The translations under genes were made by a program, and so were the position numbers. Source: Octopus sinensis (lineage: Eukaryota). From it: 64,000 bases of DNA. The stretch spans positions 2,294,001 to 2,358,000 of the forward strand of contig NC_043001.1 of assembly GCF_006345805.1 (NCBI RefSeq), given 5' to 3'. The notes under the pieces were generated by a model. The model made no database searches. It saw only the letters and a list, made by a program, of their open reading frames with translations, and was not told where the DNA came from. Below, piece after piece: positions 49,759 through 63,434 of this stretch; the first letter of the stretch is position 1; the number at the start of each line of letters is the position of its first letter.

Positions 49759-51664
49759 TATTTTGAAAGAGCTGAAATGAAAGCTTGACAGAAGTTTTAG
49801 TAAATGTCTGGTATTTATGGTTTAAGGAGGAATGGATTTTAAATGGGTTTTTTATGAATATTCAGCAAACTGTAGCAGCTTTTATATCGATGGCAGTGTC
49901 ATTTTTCCTGCTTGTTTTCTTACTGGGATGAGAAGTAGAAGTTGTACTGTAACAGGAATTACTATTAAATTTGCTTCTGATGAGAACTTCATTGTAATAT
50001 TGAGATGGATTGCACAAAATGAGTTGAGTGTCCAGTAGTGGGAAAAGCCTAAATGAGTTGTTCAAAATAAGGTTATTATTATTATTTTTAATGTCTGGGA
50101 TGGTTAGACTATGTATGGATATAATTTAGTATTTCACTAGGTTTCAGACAGCACAAATAATAGATAATTAGAGAAGTCCTGGATACCATCCAGTTTACTG
50201 ACATCAATATTTTGCACATCAGTATTTTAGAAGTTCAAAGCGTTAATAAAGCTATCGATCATGGATGGCTTAACATTATTTAGAATTAAAAGCTTAACCT
50301 CCTGATTAAGCTGACCCTAATTTCAGGAAAACAGGTTTTCACTTTGTACATTGTGTTGAAGACAAAAAACACTGCTCATTTCCACATAATTCTGAGCACA
50401 CCGAATAGAATATTTGGACTTCTTATTGATCCATAAGCTGTTGTTATGTTTCACAATCATTTTGGTGGTGGCATACACAGTGATTTCAATTTGTTTCTTT
50501 TTCATGTTGAGGAGGAATTTAACACAAATTATTGCATTAAACAAAATAACAAATAGAATCAATGGGAAAAGATCAAAATGTCTAAAGAGAAAAACGTTAC
50601 GTCTTTTCTTTATCAGAAATTACCTGAAACAATTTGTTGTCAATTGGTTTGTCAAAATGATAGGCCCTACAGCAAAATCACTGACGAAATTTCTTGACTT
50701 CTATAGTAAACACTTGAAATATGGCCTTCATCATGTTATTATAAAATCTATATAATGACTAATGGTGATGGTAATAGTAAAAGAAAGGGACTCAAGTTGG
50801 AAAACCGAATTGCAGTTATTGAATAAACTGTTGATGGCAGTGGAAGGATCCGCTGGAGATGGTTTTCAATTCCCACTACATTGCAGTTCTGTTGCTTTAT
50901 TATAAATCCTTTGTAGGAAAAAAATCAAATAATTTTAAAAGGAAGATAATGAGTATATATATATATACTATGTATAAGCAGGGCATTGGAATACCCAGGT
51001 TTGTATCTGGGGTCATTCTTGAAAAATGTAAAACTCTAAAATCATGTTAAAACTGACTGTGGTTATCCTTTGAATGGAAACATCTGAAACAAAACTAAAA
51101 TTTAGCTAAGAATAAATCTTTTACAGGCTTGTTACAGCAAAACCCAGCCAAAGAATACAAGCATGCATAAAAACATATCATCATCATCATCATCATCATT
51201 TAACGTCGGTTTTCCATGCTGGTATGGGTTGGCAGGCCTTACAGGGGCTGGCAAGGAGAAGAGCCTCACCAGGTTCCATTGCCTATTTTGGCTTAGTTTC
51301 TACTGCTGGGAGCCCTTCCTAATGCCAACCACTGTACAGAGTTTATTAAGTGCTTTTTACATGGCACCAGCATCAGTGTTTATTTTTTAGTTGGCACCAG
51401 CACCGGTGTGCTGTGAAAGCTTACAGGCATAAAAACATACTTTACCTAATTTGCAATAGAAGCAATAAGAGTCAAAGATTTCCATCAAAATTCCTCAATG
51501 CACCCAGAACCAGGATAAATACAACAGCCTGAGTCATGAAACGACCAACGAACAAACTCCATAGACTTACAAAGGCCTGCTGGGCTGCAGATTTTGTGCA
51601 ATCACAGAGCCCAGCTGGTCTGCAAATATGAAAATTTTCTGTGAAAACCAAGGAAAAATAAAGA

Positions 51665-52416
51665 AAATCCTGAAAAGTATCAGACTTTATTTTCTTCCTG
51701 CCAAAACTAATGCTTTGAGGGTAAAATTTTTGGGGTGGGAGATGACGCCACCCTTTCTTGGCATATGTCAACCTTTTTGTGCTAGTAGGCCATGTCAGTT
51801 GTTGGCTGTTAATCCTAGATCAGAGATGTGTAGTGCATCCTCATCAGTTTTGGTGATACTCAAGCTCAAACCATCCAGAAGACCCAGCAGGGTTTTGGGG
51901 ATGGCATTATGGGCAAACCTCAGTTGAAGAAGTGGCACAACTAGTTCATACATGGCTGCACCAATCCAGGAAATTGCTCAAGAAGTGGGATTACGCACAA
52001 GATCACTGCATTTCATGTGAACGGAGGCTTTGTGCATGCAGAGAGTGTCAACAATATTCCTCCCAAAGGTGCTAGTGGAGCAGTAAAAGCAACTGCCCAT
52101 GGAAATTTCTCAGGATAGGCTGGACAGTGGAAACCATGACCCAGACTTCATGAAGACCATCATCACTTGGGATGAGATATGGGCTTATGGTCTCTGATTG
52201 ATGTGTTTGGTCATCTTGCATGAAAACAAAAATCTGAAGAGCCTACATTACAGACCTATACACTAATAAGTGTAACAGCTGAGAACTGACATGGCCTTCC
52301 ACATTTTCATGCATGTGCAGAAGGGTGGGGGTCACCTTCCACCCAAAGGATTTCGCCACTGCAGCATTAGTTTTGCAAGGAAAAAATAAAGTTGGGGACT
52401 TTTTGAACAGACCTTG
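51665..52416 (+). mobile_element. Mariner derivative with about 145-bp inverted ends
   Basis: QTIQKTQQGFGDGIMGKPQLKKWHN and DPDFMKTIITWDEIWAYG; 51665-51811 is an imperfect reverse complement of 52273-52416; right end TTTTTGAACAGACCTTG|TA. Confidence 0.75.
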
Positions 52417-52734
52417 TACTTTGAAAATAACAGCTTCTCTTACCAGATCATAAGTTTCCTTTGTACCAAAAATTCTTGGTTTGTAAAAATGTCAAATAGT
52501 ACTCTTGAAAAGTTGGAGTTTTTAACCAAAGAAAGTGACCTGGTAAAACAGAATATTGTAAATGAAATTGAAGTGCAAGAACAGCAAAACCTTGCAAGGT
52601 TTTCCTAAAGTTCAGCATATAATTCTTCAATGTTGTTATCTGAATTCTGGAAATGGATTGTTTCTTTGTTAGAAACAGGCACTGACTTCAAAGGAAGGAT
52701 TCCAAAAAATTAACAAAACACACATAACATTCAA

Positions 52735-52794
52735 ATGTGTGTGGGTATGTGCATATGTGTGTATGTATATATATATGTGTGTGTATGCATACAT

Positions 52795-52829
<35 letters not shown>

Positions 52830-53339
52830 ATATATATATATATATAATATATATATATATATATTATATAGGAGCATACGCACATAGGCATATATATATA
52901 TATGTGTGTGTGTGTGGTGTGTGTGTGTGTGGAGAGAGAGATAGAATAAGATAAAGTGATAGACAGATAAATAGATAGATAGATATTAAATTTAGATTTT
53001 ATTTCTTTCTGGTCCTGGATAAATTGGATAGTAAATATGTGTTTACATATTTTTAAAGAGATTTCTCAGTCAATCTCCAACACTTTCATGTTTCCTTTGT
53101 ATACCTACAAATCAAAGATGAAAGAGTGTATATATCAGATCAGCACACACTCGAACAATTCTACACACACCCACATACGGCCCAAATCTAGTTCATTCAT
53201 CTCTCTTTCTCTTTCTCTCTCACTTCCCCCTTTCTCTTTCTTAATGTACTACACACACACACACACATATATGTATGTATGTTTGTATGTATGCATGTAT
53301 ACATACATATATACATATATACACATATGTACATTTGTT

Positions 53340-53372
<33 letters not shown>

Positions 53373-53938
53373 CTTGTCATAACCAGGAATGTATGTACAT
53401 ATATAAGCATGTCCATATATGAAAGTATGTATTTATGCATATATAATTGCACACATACATATAAACATCTGTATGTTTATATAGATATATATGCATATAT
53501 GTATATATATATATGTGTGTGTGTGTGTTTATAAATGTATAAAACACTTTCGTAATTTCAATGGACAACAGTAAAACTCTGTTTCTAAAACAATGTTAAC
53601 ATACATAAACATGCAGTCACACTTACATGCACATATGCATGTACACACACACACACACACACACACTCATATACATATATGTACGTAACATAGATATTCA
53701 TACTGCTTATATGTTTGTGTATAAACACGCTCACACATATTATATTAGATATGTGTAAATATAATAGACATTTATGTAGACAATAAACCATCGCACTTCA
53801 TCCCCCCTCCCCCTTTCCCCTTGTATATTCTATTGTCACTTTCTGATGATTCATGATTTCAATAGCTATGACAAATTTATATATTTTTACTGTAAATAAA
53901 TAAATATATATATTTATTTACTTTCTCCTTTTGTAGTG

Positions 53939-53972
<34 letters not shown>

Positions 53973-54063
53973 TATATATATATATGTGTGTATATATATA
54001 TACACACATACATATACCATACCAAGAACTTTTTTTATCATTCTACTATATATATATAAATAC

Positions 54064-54094
<31 letters not shown>

Positions 54095-54110
54095 TATACG
54101 TGTGTGTGTG
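52735..54110. repeat. Cluster of (TA)n, (CA)n, (TG)n and (GA)n microsatellites
   Basis: Direct low-complexity runs. Confidence 0.9.
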
Positions 54111-55844
54111 AGGAATGAGAGATGAAGCAGGGGTCACTTGTGTGCTGTTAGTAATTGTATTTAGAATTAATTTTAAATTTAGTTATTTTATTCCTGTAGA
54201 TAACAAAAACACAATAAGTATGGTGAGCTGATGGTACCAGAATCAGTCAGCACAGAACAGAAGTGTTATGCTATACAGTTCCATGTCTATTTGTTGTGTG
54301 TTCTGAGTTCACTTGGGCCAACTTAACTTGGCTCAGTCTAAGTGAAGCTGAAGCTTTCACTCAGTTTGGTTCTGAGTTAGACCAGTCTTCTCAAAACCTT
54401 TTGAGTAGAGGTGTTAGGTTGACAAAGTTACTCAAATGAGACCATTCATGTTCTATGGCTATTTAAGAACCTGTTGCAACTATTTATGTGAGTGTGAGTG
54501 GTTGCTGGGACAAGTTGAATCCATGTCAAGTTAGTGCAAAGGCTACCAAACAGAATCCTCTTGAAGAAGTTCTTTGGAAATGGTCAAATCCCACCAGAAA
54601 GTGGTGCCAAATTAAGAGCTGGGACACTGATTCCTTTTCTGGTTTCTCGTCTTAAGGCTGATGTTTTGCAGGAAAGTGAAATGGAAAAAATTCGGATTCA
54701 TTATAAGTTATTACTGATATGTGCCATATTGAAATTTTGGTCTTAGATCTACGTACAGATGTGTTTAAATAAATGGAATTGAAGATAAGAATTATTTCAA
54801 ATTTTGGCAGAGAGCCATCAATTTTAATAGGATGTGGAGTAGTCAATTAAGTCAGCATCTGTACTTAACTTGTACTTTACTTTACTGTACTTCATTGCCT
54901 CCTCCCCCGCCCAAAGATAGAAAGTAAAGGCCACTCCTGCAGAATTTGAACTTGGAATATAAAGAGTCAGAAAAAATGTTATGCATTAACAATTCTGTCA
55001 GCTTACTGCCCTTAATAATGGGTTCAAATCTTAGCACAGGACTGGCAATTTTAAGGGATTTAGTGTTGGTGGAATAGAACAGATGGTGAGCATGGATGAG
55101 GAAAGGGGTATAGTAAAGCTGGAATGAGGCAGAAAGGGTTTGTCAGCTAAGGACTGTGTATAAGGATGGGTGGGGCATGGACATAAAGGACATGCCTTTA
55201 GGGCCTCGATTTTACTTAGATGTAGGGATCTTCTTAAGTGCAGCAAATTGCCAGTTGTCTTGGTCCTTTGTCCTATATAACAAGTATTTTATTTACATTG
55301 TTGGTGGTGTCCGAGCATGGCCACCACCCGTGCGCTGAAACTAGTAAAAGAGTAAAGGTAAGTATATTATATATACCACATTTATATATTATGTATATTC
55401 ACATGTCCTACATATAAGCTTGCATTTCTGTTAACATATAGATACAGGTTTGATTATACAATAAGAAGTTTGCTTCGTAATCACAGGGTTCTGTGTTCAG
55501 TTCCACTGCATGGCACCTTGAGCAAGTGTCTTCACCTAGCGCTCTGAGTTGACCAAAATTTTGTCAGAGGATTTCCTAGACGGAAACTGAAAGAAGACCA
55601 TGTGTTTTTGCCTAAATATTCTCCCCCACCACCACCACCACACCAACACCACTTGACAACCTGTGTTCACGTCTTTGCATTTCCATAACTTAGCAGTTTG
55701 GCAAACAAGATCAATATTACAAGTACTAAAAACCTTTCAAGATGATGCCCCAGTATGGCCATGTTTTAATGACAGATGCAAGTAAAGGTTGAAAGATAAA
55801 AGAAACAATATAATGCTCATTATTTTATTCACACACACATCCTT

Positions 55845-56055
55845 TTCTACTCTAAGCACAAGGCCCGAAATTTTGGAAGAGGGGACCAGTTGACTAGATC
55901 GACCCCAGTATGCAACTGGTACTTAAGTTATCGATCCTGAAAGGTTGGAAGGCAAAGTTGACTTTGGCAGAATTTGAACTCAGAACATAAAGACAGACGA
56001 AATACTGCTAAGCATTTCGCCCAGTGTGCTAACGTTTCTGCCAGCTTGCTACCTT
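55845..56055 (-). mobile_element. SINE family B, full length
   Basis: Complete reverse-complement consensus; a further copy lies at 58815-59045 (+). Confidence 0.85.
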
Positions 56056-56383
56056 TATTCACAAATATATTATTTTATACAGGGTATGTATAATATAGAT
56101 TATATTTATGTACGACATGTGTTCTTTTACTGTAGCTTTGCATTGTCTAGTGCTTTGTGAGTATAATTTGGTAGATGGGAACTAATTTGGAATATGGAAC
56201 CACTTGGAAATATGTTGCTAAGAGGATAAATGATGGCTTGTCTTTGTGAGGTAGAATTTCTGCAAAAGAACTCAACAATTGTTCAGATAAATTTTGAGTC
56301 ATCTATGTCTACGAGATTAAAGCTACACAAGGAAAAATAAATGGATCTATATCTTTGAGAGTGTCCATGTGTGTATGTATGTG

Positions 56384-56417
<34 letters not shown>

Positions 56418-59400
56418 GCTTGTGTTTTTATTTGCTATTGTAAACTCGAGGCTGTGTTAACAAGTATAACTTAGTCATTTAATCTATCAGATCAATAAAA
56501 AAAAAGAATGTACCAAACTGAAGCGAGCACTGTACTGAATATGATCAATGATAAAAGAACCCGTGGGGGCAGTGGCTGCACCATACAAATGAGTGAAACC
56601 AATATTGAATGATGTGAACGAATTTATACCCAATTATTTTCTTTGTGGAGCTACTCTAAACTGGTCCCTTTACCAGCTTAGAGAAACAAGACAAAAGAAT
56701 CACTAAAAGACTACATGTAATCTTGCAATCTAACTCTGTGTAATCTTATTAGGAAGAGAAACTTCATATAATGCTCTCCATAACTACTTCTTAACATTTC
56801 GTAAAAACATATTTGAGATTCCTGATTAGAAAACCAGAATATCATTGTGTTCAACATAAATATAGAATTATAATATTTTCATTTTTTTTCTACCTTTACC
56901 TTGTATTTTTTTTTCTTCTTCTTTACATTGAATACAGAACCAGAAAGACATTTACAAAATACGTCTGCTCGTATAATTTGTGGAAAATGTCCCTACCTGC
57001 TCTCATTTCTATTCGAATTGTCTGTATTCTCTGTGCGAAATGTCAAGATTCAAAACTGGTAAAAAGAAAAGAAAGAAAAGAAGAGAAGAGATTTTCATCC
57101 CAATATATCAGAAGGGGAACTTTTATTGATGAAAATTTACTTACAATTCTGTTGATAGTTCACATTCTCTCATTTTTGTTTTCCCAACTTAAATATATTT
57201 TTTAAAGGTAATTGACTTTCATGCTATTATTTTTTTTTCTCTCTCTCTCTCTCTCCAATCATAACATAACAATAAGTTTCATGATTAAATTATGAAAAGG
57301 ACAGAGAAGAAGGAAAACTATGAAAAAGAAAATAACGTGGAAAAATGGAAAAAATTTGATAAATGAAAATATGAAAAAAAAACCGTAAAATAATAAAGTA
57401 AGTCTTAATAAGCTGGAATATATATTTTCTTCTTCCACATAGATTAATACAAACTGAACGTTATTATTCTCTGAATTTCAGAAACGCAGGTATTTGGTTG
57501 TGAATAATGGTTCACATGCGTGCAGGACGTGGTTGTGTAGTCAAGCAATTTCCTTGGAAGCCACGCTGTTCCAGGTTCAATCCTACTGCATAGAACTTTG
57601 GGCAGTTCTCTTCTAGAATAGTTTCCAGTATAAGTAAAGCATTTTGTGTAACATTAGGTGCAGAAAATGTATAGAAGCTTATTCTATGCGTTTGTGCCAT
57701 CATTCCCGTGGTTTTGAAGTCCATTTTTCCAAGTCAAGGAATAATCAAGGAATAATCTAGCAAAAGCTAGAAAGAAGAAAAAATAAAAGATAAAGGCAGA
57801 TGGAGATTTCTGCTGGAATGTACTGATTTCTGGGTGGGAGGCAGGGATTTTATGTGGTAGTAGATGCTGCTGTTGTGGTGATGATGATGATGATGATGAT
57901 GATGAAGATGGTGACCTTGATGAAGATGATGATGATGATGAAGATGGTGACCTTGATGAAGATGTTGGTAGTGTTCTGGTCCTGTTGAGGACAGGTGTGT
58001 AGGTGACTGTTTCTGAATTGCATTGGTGGTGATTATTGTAGGCGATTGTTATGAAGTAAAATGAGGTTGTTGTTGTTGTGCTAGCAGAGATGATGGTGAA
58101 GGTCATGGATGTAGTGGAGGTGAGGGGGAATAGTGTGAGTTGAACTAATGGAGATGGTAGAGTGTGTCGAAGAAGAGATTGACTGAGAGATTATGTTGTT
58201 TCTGGTTGGTAAAAGGCGGTGTGGCAACGAAGCGTATGCATTTTTGTATATGTGTATGGTTGTATATACACATAAGTATTTTCACCATTTGAGCGTGACC
58301 AATTCCAGTGCCGCCTGACTGGCACCCATGCTGGTGGCACATAAAAAGCACCCATTACATTCCTGGAGGAAAGGCATGCAACCGTAGAAACCTTGCCAGA
58401 TCAGATTGGAGCCTGGTGCAACCTCCCAGCTTGCCAGTCCTCAGTCAAGCCAACCACCCCATGCCAGCTTGGAAAGCAGACATTAAACGATGATGATGAT
58501 CATAGGTGTGTATATTTATGTGTGTGTGTTAATTTGTTTTGTTTGCTTGACCAACAACGTGTGTGTTGTATGTATGTTTGTATGACGGTCATTGACTGTA
58601 GAGCTGTTTCGTGCATTGCATAGTAATTACATAATAAAATTCTTCAAACTATTTATGAAACAAAAGAAGCTCCAGACTCATATTTTGGAGATTTCATTAA
58701 AAAATATATATATTGGTTTTATAGAAAAAGTTTGTGTTTGTTATTCACGTGCAGATTGCAATAAATTTCTGTGTATGTATACTGTATGACTGAGTATATA
58801 TTACTGAGTATATGTAGGGCAGCGAGCTGGCAGAATCACTAGCATGCCAGCGGAAATGCTTTGCAGTATTCTCTGCCTGTCTTTATGTTCTGAGTTCAAA
58901 TTGTACCGTGGTTGGCTTTGCCTCTCATCTTTTCGGGGTTGATTAAACAAGTACCTGTTAAAGACTGGGGTGGATGTAATCGACTTAATCCCTTTGTCCT
59001 TGTTTTCCCCCCTCTATGTTTTGCCTCCTGCGGGCAATAAAGAAATAATTATTGTGTACATTTGCTGCATTATTATTGGTTGCTCAAATGGCCAAGTGGT
59101 TAGGATGCATACTTTAAACATGAGGTTACAGGTTCAATCCTACTGCGTGATATTCTGAGCAAGTGTTCTATAGCCTCAGGCAACTCCAGATCTTGGAGGT
59201 GAGGGTGAGTGGCAACTATGCTGAAACCTGTCAGGTGAACTGTCTGTAAACCAAAATCACTGAGGAGTACAAGAGCTTGTGGAATTTTCAGCTATTTACG
59301 TTATAATTATTCTATCGATATGCAGCTCAGTGGAGCAAGCAACTGAAGTAGTCATTACCAAAACCTATGGAGCAGCGCTTTGTATTATTCTTGCATCCTT

Positions 59401-59699
59401 AGAATAATTTCTTACCTGATATTAACATTTATTACACAGTAAATTAAAATAAACAAGATTGTTGGGTATTTTTCTGAATTTTTCTTTGTTTTGTACATCA
59501 AGTTTTTCCTGAGGGTTTCAAGCATCTCATGGCATGAGCACAAGATGAAAGAGATGTATTGAAACATTCCACCATCTCTACTATAGTAGTTCAGCGTATG
59601 GTAAGCTTTGCTGGTCTCTGTTGTCCTGCTGAACAACTGGTCAATACTTTGTGGACTTCCACACTTTAACAGACTCAGCGATATTGACTTTATTGGGAG

Positions 59700-59890
59700 A
59701 AACACACAACAGGAAATTGAGACCCTACAAAAGCTAAGGCGGTGGAGACAGGACAGAGATTTCTGGCACCGCAACGCGTGGAGTGTATCATCTTGGTTGT
59801 GGTTACTTGAAGAAAAAGAAATCGTAGAAGGAATCACAGTAAAACATGGAAACAACGAAATAATCTTGCTCTAAGATTTTCAGCCATTTT
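59700..59890 (+). repeat. Unclassified repeat of about 185 bp, copy 1
   Basis: ACACACAACAGGAAATTGAG...ATAATCTTGCTCTAAGATTTTC recurs at 60975-61148. Confidence 0.85.
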
Positions 59891-60079
59891 GTTGCAACAT
59901 AGTTGTGTTGTGTGAGGTCTACGGATGTGCTTTGCGCTTTTGAAAAGTGTTTGTAAATGATAATTTAGAAAACTGAAAGATTGTTTGTAGATATAAACAC
60001 AAAACTGATTGTGTATAATTTCCTTTATTTTTGATTGCCTGAAAAACTAGATTTCGACGGATCTTGCTGGTAAAATAAT

Positions 60080-60475
60080 CCTTTCTACTATAGACGCAAA
60101 ACTTGAAATTTGGGGAGAGAGAACAAGTCGATTACATCGACCCCTGTACATAACTGATACTTATTTCATTGGACCCAAAAGGATGAAAGGCAAGGTCGAT
60201 CTCAGTGGAATTTGAACTCAGAACGTAACGGCAGACGAAATACCTATTTCTTTACTACCCACAAGGGACTAAACACAGAGGGTACAAACAAGGACAGACA
60301 AATGGATTAAGTCGATTACATCGACCCAGTGCGTAACTGGTACTTATTTAATCGACCCCGAAAGGATGAACGGCAAAGTCGACCTCGGCGGAATTTGAAC
60401 TCAGAACGTAGCAGCAGATGAAATACGGCTACGCATTTCGCCCGGCGTGCTAACCACTCTGCCAGCTCGCCGCCT
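60080..60475 (-). mobile_element. SINE family B dimer
   Basis: Full CpG-rich copy (60241-60475) joined to a headless copy at CGAAATA|CCTATTTCTTTACTACCCACAAG. Confidence 0.9.
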
Positions 60476-60974
60476 TTTGCTAGAAAGCGTGTAGTTTGAA
60501 AATACAGACAAGGAAAACAACGTTGAAAATATCACAATGGAAAAATAATAGAGTTTATTTTACATCATTCGGAGTAAAGGTTATACGAACACACTTGTTA
60601 TATGTACACAGGTATTTTAGTTTCCCACGAAAACAATCTGATTACTTGTGTGAAAAATGTTAACGTAAATGAAATAATTTCTATGGAAAATTAAAATGCG
60701 TGCACATACACAAACCACAATCAGTAAATGAGAAAATGGATGAAATGTTTATGTATTTGTGATGGGAAAATTATTTTGTCGAGGGTAAAACACAATACAG
60801 TCTGCTAACCAAAATAATCAGTGAGAATAAGACGGAATGGTTAACCATATCTACTGCTACCAAACATATTCGGTGTCAAGTGAATGAACAATAGAACGAA
60901 AAGATTTAGACGTGCTTAATACCAACCCAAGTATCTCACCAGCTATTAGATTTTGATTGGCCAAAATGAATGTG

Positions 60975-61148
60975 ACACACAACAGGAAATTGAGGACCTG
61001 CAAAAGCTGGGAGAGTGGACAGGGCAGAGATTTCTAGTTCAACGTGTGGAATATATCTTGGTTGTGGTTACTTGTACAAAAAGAAATTGTAGAAGGAATT
61101 ACAGTAAAAACACGGAAACAATGAAATAATCTTGCTCTAAGATTTTCG
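60975..61148 (+). repeat. Unclassified repeat of about 185 bp, copy 2
   Basis: Aligns with 59700-59890. Confidence 0.85.
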
Positions 61149-63434
61149 ACCATGATCCGTTTTACGTGCCAAAAATGGCTCTTTAGGTTGGCCAAAATAT
61201 CACACGATCCATTTGATGCGCCAAAAATGGCTCTTAGGCTGGCTAAAACAGTATGCATGACAATGGTAAAGAAAAATGTCATATGCACGAGATCGCTACA
61301 TCAAGACAGCAAGCTTAAATATTTTGAATGCACGGCATTGGTGCATCTGTTTCCTTTTGGTAGCCAAATGCTATACATGCATCGATTTCTGATTTAAAAC
61401 AATTTTAATATTCAATTATTATATAATAAAGCCAGCATTTTAAGGCGGTGCCCCAGAAAGGCCGTAGTCCAATGAGGGAATCAAGTAAAAAAATAACAGA
61501 ATAAAAAGCTAACAAAGTGCCGCATCATCTTTAGTGCATTATTCCGTGTGAGATGAGCGAAAGCATTCTTTTGGAAGTTAATCAGGTTGCTTACATCCCA
61601 GGAAATTAAAGTTGTATTTCACTAGTCAAGCACATAATCCCATACAAGCTTCCATTCACATAAGATAGGGGTAGCTAGCAACGTAATTACCCTAAACAAC
61701 GTCTCAAATGATACTCTTCACATATATTTTGCCTTCCAGAAACAGCAGTGAAATTTTTTTAAAAGTCACAGTCTGTCATCTTCAAAAGAAAAACGTATGC
61801 ATTGGATAATGTTGTCCTAAATACACTGTATCTTAATTATTATATCTTACGTGATCATGTCTGGGATATGTTGGATTGCAAATCTTGAAAATCAGAGCTT
61901 ATCTGATCTGGCTACCTTCCTGAACTAAAAAAAAAAGTTATATATTTTGTTGCTGCCCTCACGATAGAAAATTCATTTTGATAACGTGTTTTGTCCTCTT
62001 TTTCGGACCAGAGGAAAGAAAACAGGAAAGTACTAGTAATTCCTTTTGATCATCCATCTCCTGCAAAAGAAGAGGTAATGCACTTCCGGACAGAATGTCT
62101 AAAGTTACCATTGGTAACTTTCTCACTTGTTATACGTCAAAGCAAATGATATAATGCTCAACAATATAAAATATAATTGCTCAATGTCTTTTAGAGTATG
62201 CTTATTTCCAACTTATACACAACTAACCAGTAATACACACATGCATGTTTATATGTGTGTGAGTGTATGTAGATATACATGTGGTACGCTGTCTCTGTGT
62301 TCCTCAAAGAGAATCGGGTGGTGATAGCATTCTAAACAATACAATTCTGAGTCAAACTGCACTCCTTTTCTCAGATGACAACCATCTGAGTCAGGTCTTT
62401 CTGCACAATCTTCTTTCATCGTCGGAATTTAATATCTGTCTTCTGATGCAATAAGCTATGTTCATGGTGGCACATAATCGGGGTGGCTTATATTTATGGT
62501 GAATTATAGTAATTCTTTTGTCACTTTGACTTTGTGAGGTGCAACAACTTGAGATATCAACATCTCTCCCCCCACACCTCTTCTTTCCTCCTCGTTGTTC
62601 TACAGTCAGCAGAGAACACTTACTTTTTAAGCCAGTATCTCATACTCTATTCACATTTCAATATCAATTTCATTGCAAAGATCTCTCTTGCATAAATCGG
62701 TTGGAGCTGTTAATGCTCAAATGCTCTCTCTCATCTCACTTGTGACTTGTGCTCCATCTTTCGCAGAGGTTAACATAGCAGATTCAATGATACATACCCA
62801 AATCATTTCTCTTCAGCCGATGCGAATATACATTCAACATTTAATACCCGTGTTTCATTACTATGCAACATCAAACTTCTCGCATATAGTTCCTACATTA
62901 TGTACATTACATACATACACAATTACATGTAGATATACATACATGCTTACATGTAGACATACACAGATGTAAGTGCGGTATGACTGAATGGTTTTGAAGG
63001 TCGTAATTTCGCTTCACTACCACAAGGTCTGGAGTTCGATATGACTTGGGCCAATGTCATGTCCTATAGCTTCGAGTCAACTGATGCGTTGTGTTGGAAA
63101 TAGGGGTGGCAGAAACCTTTTAAAAGGTCGTGGATTGGGTTGTAACTTTTTTCTTAGATTGTGTCGTGTGTTTCTGTTTGAGAATTGCATTGAAGGTAAA
63201 TATGTCTGTGTGATCCTCAACTGATTCCATGTTAATTCTGGAACAGGTAATCGAGTTGATAGAATCCGGGAATCCTCAAAGTCAAATGAAGGAGACCCAT
63301 CACCGAGGAAGTAGAAGTATCTGGATGTTAAAGAACAGATAAATTACTGGTAAAAATATGAAGAGATAAATTTCGGAGATACAACACAATATTAATCACA
63401 TTAAATATAAAGAGAACCAAATTCTGATGTAAAG

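Noticed and set aside
56997-57055. Minus-strand exon with a strong polypyrimidine acceptor and CAG|GTAGGG donor
   Set aside because: Stops in all three frames; it could only be a UTR exon and there is no supporting evidence.
63077-63320. Minus-strand exon YFYFLGDGSPSFDFEDSRILSTRLPVPELTW...
   Set aside because: Plausible acceptor, but no recognised homology, no clear donor, and the frame runs into a SINE.
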